Shown piece by piece: positions 53,693-64,000 of a DNA stretch of 64,000 bases. The position numbers and the translations under genes were made by a program. Positions within the stretch are counted from its first letter, which is position 1; every line of letters starts with the position of its first letter. The stretch is from assembly GCF_009914755.1 (NCBI RefSeq), contig NC_060941.1, one strand, 5' to 3'. Source of the DNA: the human T2T-CHM13v2.0 reference genome, Homo sapiens. The notes beneath the pieces are model-generated. The model was not told the DNA's origin, did no database searches, and was given only the letters and a program-made list of their open reading frames with translations.

Positions 53693-54949
53693 TTACCCAC
53701 CAGTTCAAATAGCACCTCATAATTACTGGCTGTGGTCCCATTTCACAGATGGGAAAATCAAGGAGTGAGTTTGCTTCCCATTGGCAGGGAACTGAGGCTC
53801 TGGATTCCATATCAACCTTGCCTTTCCACCTGGATTCAGGATTTGATGGGAAAATAACTTTCCTCCAGGTGGGGCTGACTCTTGCACTGAGACCCTGGGG
53901 GCGGGACAGCTGGGGGGTAGTGCTGGCAGAGGAGGAGCCTCATTCTTTAAAAAGGGCTCTCAAAGCACTAAGCCTGAGGCTCACAGTCTTCCCCTAACCT
54001 CTCCTCCCACCCAGAGGCCCTGTCACTCTGGCAGAGCAGACAGTTAAAAATGCCAGGCTAGGCATTTGACTCCAGTTCCCTCAGGGGCTCTTGGGATGGG
54101 AGCAGTGTTGAGCATGGGAAAGGAGACTCCCACACAAACTTGGCCCCATCTTCTTCATGCTGGTTGTGAGTTTCCTCCCCTCTCCCATACTTCATTTGCT
54201 CCTCACAAATGCTCTGGGAGGTAGAGGGTGTCAGCCGCATTTTACACATGGGAAAATTGAAGTTAAGTACTTGACTAGCAACATGTAGCCAGGAGAAGGC
54301 AAAGCCTCAACTACAGCCCAGCTGTCCTGATTCCCCCCTGCCACAAGGCTGGCCTCCTGGTACTCAGCTTGGCAAGGGTCAGGAGCCCTTGGTGACCTTT
54401 TTCAGATCCCTCCGGCCTCCTTGCCTGGCTGTGGCCTTGGGATCATGGCTCTCTCATTCTCCACCCCTGGTACTGGAAAAGCGGCTTCTCTTTTGGTTGT
54501 GCCCAGATGCACTTGGGCTGGGGGTCAGGACTTTCCCTGATGGAGCTTGACCAGGGTCCTGGGGCCTGTCCAGCCCCTGCCAGAGACTCTGGGGATGCTG
54601 GCTGTCTGCTGCTTTCCCTTTGGTATTTTTCAGTGGCTTGGTTGAGTCGCCTCGAACTCACTGTCTCTCATTTCATTCTAGAGCCTGTTTTAACCCCTAG
54701 CAGGGTGAGAACTAATATCTGTGGAAAGTCACTGTGTGCCAGCCCTGGGCAGGGTGCTGTCCCTCCATGCTGTTGACCCCACAAGGTGAAGGTTGAGCCC
54801 CCATGTTATGGGGGACTCCGAGGCTCAGGGAGCATAAGTAACTTCCCCAAGGTCACCCAGCGGGTAAGGGGAGTTCCTATGACGGGGCCTGGTCTTCCTG
54901 ACCCCAAGTCCTTGCTTTGAGCTCGCTCCACCCATCTGCTGTCTCCGTC

Positions 54950-55690
54950 AGACAAGCCAGGTGGGGGCAGGGGCCAGACAGCGCAGGGCGCGGCGGGAAT
55001 CAGCAACAAGGACCCTCCCGGGGAACTTTTCCCATTGAAAATCTGTTCCCTCGCGGCCACGGGTGATGTCTGGCTGGAGCTGATGAAAAACGTGCAGTGT
55101 AATGGAGGAGGGCGGCGAGGGCGGCGAGGGCGGCGCGGGCGGCCCGGGCGGGGGCAGCGTGGCATTGAGATTCTGCGGGGCGCGGGGGGCGGCGAGGGCC
55201 CTGACACTGGCCGGGTAATTGATCTGGAGGTGCCAATTTGCAGCAACTAAATATTTGGTTTCTGCCTTTGCCCGCTCCGCGCTCTGCTCAAACAAACTTC
55301 AATTAAAAGCGAAAAGCGAGGGGTGGGGAGGCGGCTCACCCGGGTCCCTGCGGCCCGATCGATGGCGCGGAGCCCGCGGGCTGGCGAGCGCGGCGCGCCG
55401 GGCGGGGACACGGCGGACGTGGGCCGGGCGGGCGCCCTCTTCCGGATCGCCGAGCACCGGGCGCCCGGCCCGCGGGAGGCAGCGCCCGAGGGTGGGATGG
55501 CGGAGGCGGTGCTAGGAGCCCGGGAGCCGCGGCTTTAGCTCAGCTCAGCTGAGCGGAGGGGTGGCCACCGTGTGCCAAGCGGGGGTCACACACAGGGCCA
55601 ACCCCAACACCTCCACCGCGGAGTGTGAGCCTGTGTACTAGGCTAGAAAACCCGGGGAAGGAGACGTCGCGGGGCGCTGACCCTGTTCTC
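54950..55690. promoter_or_regulatory. Orphan intergenic CpG island
   Basis: CpG-dense non-repeat sequence with an embedded AT-rich motif block. Confidence 0.8.
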
Positions 55691-57729
55691 CCTATGCACC
55701 TCTCCAAACAAACTTTGAAGATGACCTTGTTGTTCGGTGCAATCACTCAGGTCTTTCCTGAGCGCCACTGGGTGCTGGGTGCACTGGGCTCCAAAGCCAG
55801 TCTCCTCTTCCATGTCTGTCCACCCCTTTACTCTTGGGTTGGCAAAAGAGCTGCCAGTGAATCCATCCCAGGACCCAACCTTGGAGGGGTCTGAAGGGGA
55901 GGGCTTGGAATTGGGAGAAGAGTAGTGAGATCCTGGGGGTTTGGAGAGGGGTCCTGGGAGGTGGCCACAGCTTGGAGCAGAGGAGGAGATCATTGGGTCA
56001 CAGTTGCCTTTTTTGGGGTTCAAGACAAACAGCAACAATAGTCATTCACTGGGTGAAGTTAGCCCACAGGGAAGTTTCTCTTCCTCAAGAATCTTCCAGT
56101 CCTTTGAGGGTAGAGGGGAAGGGCTGGGAAGAAGAGCTCACCACTGTGCGACAGGCAGAGCATCTCTGGTCAGCTGGGTAGGGCAGCCTGGGGCACAGGA
56201 ACAGTTCTGGGAGAGATGTGATGGGAGGAGGTGGGGCTGGCAAAGAGGCATCCAGGTCGGCATAGAAGGCAGAGGTAGATTCAGATCCAAGGAAAGAGGA
56301 GGGGAGCTGGGGTCCTTTCATCTGAGTGAAATTTTCTTGAGGGCCAGAGGCAGGAGCTGAGGCAGAGGAGCTAGGAAGGTGAGGGAGGGGGCCCTTGGCC
56401 TTTCCCACATTTCTGTGCCCCACCTTCCAGGGTGGAAGACTTACTCCTTCACCAGATGAGGCTGCTGCTAGTTCACTCAGCTGTGGGCTGTGGCCCCTTT
56501 CCTTCCCGCTCCCTGTCGACCCCTTCCCCTGTCCTCCTAGGTACCCCGTGGCCCACAGCGGGCTGTTAGAGCACAGGTCTTGCTTGTGTGGACCCTAGCC
56601 TCCAGGCCCTCAGATGCCCACTCCTTGGTGCATAGGGCTCTGGGAGAGGGTGGTCCTGCTATCTCGGCTTCTATCCCTTTTGACACTAAGATGCCTCGCT
56701 TGCCGGACCCTCAACCACACTCAACTCCCAGCTCTGTCTCTCTTAGTGGCTTGGGGCACCAATCTCCCCATCACACAGAAGTTGGATCCAGAGCTCCGCA
56801 TGAGGCTGAGGATGAGCCTAGGGCTGGCCTGCCCCTAGGAGCCTCCCCCACCCCCCACCCCTCAGGGGTGGGGGGCTGCAGCACTCCCAGCCTTCTGCCT
56901 GAAGCCCGTTCCCAGCCTGTAAGCTGGGCGCCTGCTCCCTTGAATTCCCTCCCTCCCTCTCCCTTCCTGAGCGCTGAGCTGTGGAGCAGAATGATTTCCT
57001 GTAATTGGCCAGCAATCCGGCCGCCCGACTTGTTCTATCGACATGCTGGTTAGCTGGAAATTGTATTGGAATCTAAGTGACTGGGAGCGGAGGGGAAGGT
57101 GGGGAGCAAAGAGAGGCGGTTTGGGTCCCAGCTGGGTGCAGCCTCAGCTCTGCAGGTGGGATGAGGAACCACCAGCCACGTCTCTCCTGGAAGGAGCAGG
57201 AAAGCAACCTATAGCACCACATCACCTCCTTCCTTTTGCTCCTTCTCTCCCACCATGTCCGGGGGTCTCCCTGCCCACTCCTATATGACCCCATGGCCTG
57301 AAGTCATCACTGCCATCGCATTCCCCCTCCTGCTCTGAGACTGTTTCCTTCTGACCTAAAGTGCCTTGGTGAGAACTAGGGGCGCTCAGCAGCGCGCCTA
57401 TCCTGCTCCCATTCAATTTCTAGCCATGGAGGCTCATCATGGAAGGTCCTAAACCTTTCCCTGCCTCTGCCCTGCCCCCCATGAGGAGAGAGAGAGAATG
57501 AACATTTGAAGAAGAGTTGTCAATTACTAAAGAGCCAAAGTGTATAATGGGGGCAGTGCAGATAGCCGGAGGAGCACTGTACTGGGAGTCAAGAAGCTTG
57601 GTGGTTATACCTGTTGGCTACTTAGGCCCCTTGGCTCAACCTCTGAGCCTCTGTAAAATTCTGGACCTGTCTGCCTCACACAGCTGGGAGATTTCAAGGG
57701 GATAACTGGAACGTGCTTTGTAAACTGTG

Positions 57730-58400
57730 AAACTGCGAATGACCTTCGGGCCAGTCGGGCCTGGGGGTGGGGGTGTTTTAGAGGCCTGCCTGCGCCCTTC
57801 GTCCCCCGCCCAGAAGGCGTGTGCGTCTTCACCCTCGCTGGTGTCTTATTGCTCCGCTCCGGGTGCTAAGGCCCAAAGTGAGGGAACGGAACGCGGAGGC
57901 TGCAGGGTCCCGTCGCCGTCGCGGTGGGTGGGCAGGGGACACGCCCTTTGGCACCCAGGGCCCGCAGCCCAGGCTCAGAGGACGTGGGCGAACAACGCAC
58001 CTTTTGAGTTAGCGCTCAGGGTCAGGCAGAGCCTCCGCGCCCACCTGGCCCGTGCTCCCGCGGCAGCTGCTCGGCAGGAGTCTGAGGCCGCCCGCGGCCT
58101 GGGAGGAGGAAGATTAGGCCGCTCGGCGAGCGCCCGCCGCGGAGGCCCGGCCCAGCCCGGGAGGGTGCTGCCACCTGCCGGCCGAACGGCAGGCCGCCGG
58201 CTCGGGCGCGGGCCTGGGTCCCGGAGGCCCGACCTCTGCAGTTGCTGAGCGGCCTCAACTTCAAGTCCCCTTCGGAGAAAGTAGTCCTTCTTTTAAGGCC
58301 GCCTTGGACCCCCAAGGCCGGGAAGGGGATCCTGGGGCAGGGAGGCAAGAGGAGCTGGAGAGGGAGCTCTGGCGAGGCCCGGGCAGGGCAGGGCTGAATT
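57730..58400. promoter_or_regulatory. Orphan CpG island ~1 kb past the DCAKD 3' end
   Basis: CpG-dense non-repeat sequence. Confidence 0.75.
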
Positions 58401-59389
58401 CGAGGTTTCTCCACACCTGCCATGCTCTGACATTCCTGCTTCAAACCCAGCTCACTGGGTCAGGGAAGGTTAATTCTCTGGAACTTTACAGTTTGCTAAG
58501 GGTTTTCAGTGTCCTCCACTATGAAGCCTAACGATGTATGAGTAGAAACTAAAGGCAGGAGGTCACATGGCAAGCGGAGCCGGAATGCGAGCCCAAGGCC
58601 CAACCCCAGGCTCCAGCTCCTCCTGACAAGAGGCTCAGGGCACAGGAGAGAGTTCAGAAGCCTGGCTCTGCAACCTGGACCAAATCCATCTTTCTGAGCC
58701 TGGGATGGAAATAATCAGTGTTATGTTAACTATAGGGTCTTACACATCCAGCAGTGCCTGGCATGCTGCCGATACTAGGAAGTGCCATTTCCTCAATTAT
58801 TGGGGTGATAGGGCACTGTGGGGGTCCATACCTTCCCTCTCCTTTCTCCGTCCTGGCGGATCGCACCAAACCGAGGAAGTGGCAGGCTCCTGCCACCCTC
58901 ATCCTGCCTGGCCACCCACCTGGCAGCCCACCACTGCCTTACCCGGCCCTTCTTTGCCCCTTAGGGGTTTGCAGCAAGTTAATGAGCTAGACTCAGCACA
59001 AGCGGCTCTGGGAAAGGGGGCACTAAGTATGGCCACCACAGCATTTGCATCCGTCACACTCATTTCTAGCCTTAATAGGCTTCTGGCTGCAGGATCAACA
59101 CATCAGCAAGTCTGCAGGCCCTGGCAGGGAAGGCTTATGTCTGCGCTGGTCTAATTGGGTTGGGGAAGGCAGATGGGGAGGCGGGGCAAGAAGGTGTGAC
59201 GCTGCCTCAGCCCTCTACCCACCTCCCACAAAGGTGCCTCGGGCCTGGCTGCAGTCCTCCTGGGACCCAGGGAGAAGCCTGATGGCAAGTGCACCTTCTG
59301 GGGCCCTCACCTCCCCCTGAGCTCCGGGAGGACTCCAGCCCAGTGTGGGAAGAAGCCAAGTCTGGGAATCTTGGTTGGTCTGGGGCATT

Positions 59390-59505
59390 TCAGATCAACA
59401 CACTTTATTAAACACCAACAGCGGGCCAGGCTCTGCACTAAGAACACAGAGATGAATAAGACACTGTCCCTGTCCCTAGAGGGCTTACAGTCTAGTAGGA
59501 AAAAC
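59390..59505 (-). mobile_element. L2 3' terminus
   Basis: tttattaaacacc...gccaggctctgcactaag...gatgaataagacactgtccctgtccct...gcttacagtctagt resembles the reverse complement of the L2 3' end. Confidence 0.75.
59404..59409 (-). terminator. Probable DCAKD polyadenylation signal (AATAAA)
   Basis: TTTATT on the plus strand; the first canonical hexamer I found downstream of the stop codon. Confidence 0.7.
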
Positions 59506-60315
59506 CAGGCAAGTTTCGGCTAATTACTGTACTGTTGGATTAAGGTAAAATGTTGAGGGGGAGTTGGTATCCTAGACCACCTAACCCAGCCTGGGGCTTT
59601 AGACAGTGCCTGAACTGAGAGCTAGTTGTAGGTTAAAAAAAAAAAAAAAAAAAAAAAAGGAAGAAGAAATAAAAGAAAATAAAAGGTATCCCAGGCCAGG
59701 AGCAGCAGGTTGAAGGCACAGAGGCAAGAAACAGCAAGGATGGTGTACACGGAATACCAAGAGGTCCAGGCGAGAAGCAGGGGTGGCAGGCAATAAGCAG
59801 GATGTGGGAGCACTACACAAACCCTACGTGGGGAGAGGGGTCTCCCAGAAGAGGCTGGTCCTGCCTGGCTACAGCGTTACCCACGAGAGAATCCTTGCTG
59901 CTTGCTGGCAGCAAGCCATACTGGGGGGCCTGGGCCTTCAGTATAAAAAATATCTCAACCTAGGGGAGGGCCTTGTTGACTGTTTGAACATGGAAACCCT
60001 TGGTCCAACATGATTTCCCGTGGTCCACTGAGGAGGTTTAGGCCACAATGGGGTAGGTGCTTAGAGAGGATTCAAGCCCAGTGAACCCTTGGCCTCCCAG
60101 CTCTGAGGAGGGCCACAGAGCCAGTATTCCCTACCCCCACCCACAGAAATGTATAGCAGTCTCTGACTGTTGCTTTCACACACCATCACGGTTGCTGTTC
60201 TGTAGGTGCTGCTCAGGGAAGGTGGGAAGGACAGCAGGCTATTTCTTGACCTCAAATAGGATACACTCCAAAGACGGGATGGCCTGGCACAGAGGCCCAG
60301 CCCTGATTCGGAGAG

Positions 60316-60318
<3 letters not shown>

Positions 60319-60364
<46 letters not shown>
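60319..60364. repeat. (GT)23 microsatellite in the DCAKD 3' UTR
   Basis: Direct count. Confidence 0.95.
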
Positions 60365-60366
<2 letters not shown>

Positions 60367-60456
60367 AGGGGGCTGAGAGGAAACAGGATGTGTTACCTGG
60401 CTTCAGCCTCCAAGGAGATAGATGGAGGCCTGGGGCTCCCTGCCTTGAGTGCCCCA

Positions 60457-60748
60457 CTAGGCGTAAGGCAGAAGGTAGTGGGTGAGCAGGTAGAGGAGGC
60501 TGGCAATGGCAGCGAGCCCTGTGAGGACCCCAAACCTCAGCGGCAGGTACTCCAGGGAGCGCTCCAGCTCAGTGTGCAAGAGGATGACCTGGCGTTTGGT
60601 GACACTCCACTCGCCCGAGTTGTCTAGGACATGGCGGGCCATGCGGGCCTTGTCTGTCAGGGGCAGCTGGGCATTGATGCGGGCCTCTGCGTCCTTGCGG
60701 TTCAGGCTGTTCCGCCGCATCAGCCGTGCCAGCTGTGTGTCCCGGTCG
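60457..60748 (-). CDS. DCAKD: Dephospho-CoA kinase domain-containing protein, last coding exon
   Basis: Polypyrimidine tract and AG acceptor (CCTATCCTTAG|C, AG at 60750-60749), phase 2. Encodes DRDTQLARLMRRN...AEARINAQLPL...VLDNSG, the CoaE/DPCK C-terminal motif, then a hydrophobic tail. TAG stop at 60459-60457. Confidence 0.95.
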
Positions 60749-61766
60749 CTAAGGATAGGGCAAAAGGGCACTGTAGGTCCTGCCTCCCTCTCACCCCAAG
60801 TTACAGGGATAGGCAGCCCTGCCAGGCCCAGCCTGAAACAGAGAGCATGGGGACTGGATCTTCCCTCCAACCCTACCCTGCTCTGGGCTACTTAGGGTCC
60901 CACAGCCAGGGAGGGAGGCTTGGAAGCTCACTGGCTGCCTCACACCCCACTCCACTCACTGTGAGGAACCCAGAGCTCTATGGGCTACGGAAGCCCCTTA
61001 ATACAAACAAGGGGGGAACTTTGGCCACAGCTCTTTTTTTTTTTTTTTTTTTTTGCCATCTGGGGTCTCTTTGCTTTGCTACTAGACCTGACATTCCCCA
61101 GTCATAAGGTGGGAAGATTTCATCACCTGGAACCAGCTACATCCTGGATCCCTGGATGGGTGACCTTTACTGAAAGGCCTATGCCTATGAGCTAGACGCT
61201 TCCTGCAGTTCCCCTGGGGGCCTGGGTCTTCAGTATCAAAAATACCTCCTTGGGCCATCACAGAGACCCCCTCTCCTTGCTGCTATACCCCTCCCCTGAA
61301 CATTTAGAGTAAAAGGATTGTGCTAAGATGGTATCTCTTGTGCTTAATGCCACTGATGATGTGGGACAGACAAGCCCAAGGTGCTTCAAAGAGGATCAAG
61401 GACATGAGAATTGGTCCCCCTTAGTTGTGGGACAGGATTCAGCACTGCAGATTAGGTCGGACAATATCAAGTCTCCCAACTCCAAGAGAAATTCAAAGAA
61501 TACCTCCTTCACCCACCCTGAGGTCACCATCTGGGTCCTTCCTCAGGAAACTCCCTCTCTTGCCTTGGGCTACAGTCAGTCCTCTGGAGCGGGGTTACCT
61601 CTAACACCCCTCTAGCTCTAAGAGCTACTTCAGCCCCTCAGTGAGGACAAGAGCACAAGGGGTTGCAGCAGCTGTTTTCTACCATTTGGGGTCTTTCTGC
61701 CTTGTCACGAGGCCTGAGTTTTCCCAGTTATAAAATGGAAGGGTTTGATCACTACATTTTGGTTCC

Positions 61767-62641
<875 letters not shown>

Positions 62642-63083
62642 AGTTTGGTCCCTTCTTAGGGATTCTGGGAAGCAGACCAAGTGAGGCCAAAAACAAATGC
62701 AGCCACTTGCCATGAAAATGAATTATACGAGCTATAGATTTCCTCTGTTACGGGGTCAGTGTACTGTGGCCATTGTGGGGCCAATACCCACCTCGCTGAG
62801 AACAAGGACTAAATCCAGCCTTCATCAGGGAGACCACATATCTGTGGGTGGGAGAATCTAGTGTGAGATTAGAGATGGCCTGGGGCTCCCAGTAGGTGCA
62901 CATCCTCCTGAAGGTGTGGCCCAGACCACAGAGCCTCCTGGATGTGGGGCAGCACCTCCGACAGCCCTTCCTGGGGCTCAGAAATGGTCCTATTCTAGTT
63001 AGTCTAAGACTTGGTACAATTTGTTGTAATAGGATTTTTACCCACTTATTCCACAATTGACAAATTTTTCAAAAACATGAAAT

Positions 63084-63360
63084 TGGCTGGGCACAGTGGC
63101 TCATGCCTATAATCCCAGCACTTTAGTAGGCCGAGGAGGAGGATCATTGAGCCCAGGAGCTTGAGACCAGCCTGGGCCACACAGCAAGACCCAATCTCTA
63201 CAAAAAATAAAAAAATTAGTCAGATGTGATGCTGCATGCCTGCAATCCCAGCTACTCAAGAGGCTGAGGTGGAAGACTGCTTGAGCCCAGGAGTTTGAGG
63301 CTATAGTTAGCTGTGATTGTGCCACTGCACTCTAGCCTGAGCCCTGTCTCAAAAAAAAGA
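63084..63360 (+). mobile_element. Alu (J-like)
   Basis: Dimer. Confidence 0.9.
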
Positions 63361-63729
63361 AACCAGCATGAAATCATGTTTTGGTATAATCACACTTCAG
63401 GAGATGTCCTAAGTAATTTCAAATGCACCAGGGGTAGTCTTTCAGTTAAAGAAATCCACAAGGGAGTCCTTATTTTTGTAAAGCCTAGATCCCTTTGGTG
63501 AAAAGCATCACCACCTCTCTGGCATCTCTCAAGAGTTATACACCCACACCCACTGAAAGCAGGGCATGAGTGGCACCCAGGACTCTGGCAAAGGCTCCTC
63601 TGGCCGGTGAGTGGGGCTGAAGGTCTCCTGGAGAGCACACACAATCAACAAAGCCCCACTCACCCACCAAAACCCATGGCCACCTCTGCTCTCGGCAAAC
63701 AGACCAACCTCAAAGAACAGCACAGGAAG

Positions 63730-64000
<271 letters not shown>

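Larger units (their letters stand above)
59385..60456 (-). other. DCAKD: DCAKD 3' UTR (3' end approximate)
   Basis: Runs from the stop codon to just past the first canonical AATAAA found on the minus strand. Confidence 0.7.

Noticed and set aside
60749-60870. N-terminal part of the 137-aa ORF
   Set aside because: Intronic, upstream of the DCAKD acceptor.
62948-62968. RE1/REST-like site CAGCACCTCCGACAG
   Set aside because: Mismatch in the critical GGACAG half-site and poor flanks.

Overview
Primate (almost certainly human) genomic DNA matching the C1QL1-DCAKD interval, which I recall lies at 17q21.31. Both genes are on the minus strand. The left end holds coding exon 1 of C1QL1 (3374-3970) inside a CpG-island promoter, plus part of intron 1. 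The right end holds the last coding exon and 3' UTR of DCAKD (CDS 60457-60748). The ~55 kb between them is Alu/MIR/L2-rich and has no credible protein-coding exon. It does contain: (i) a ~1.2-kb array of ~42 copies of a 27-bp unit with a CpG-rich core that is stop-free in all six frames and abuts a complete ERV1 solo LTR; (ii) a (CCCCCTCCAA)n array and a mirror-symmetric GGAA/GGAG tract; (iii) two orphan CpG islands; (iv) a series of non-repetitive AT-rich islands sharing TAAT/ATCRAT motifs, which may be a distal enhancer set for C1QL1. No novel protein-coding system is supported. The best leads are the VNTR-LTR unit and the putative enhancer series. Repeat subfamily names come from recalled consensus sequences, and repeat boundaries are approximate unless a TSD is given.
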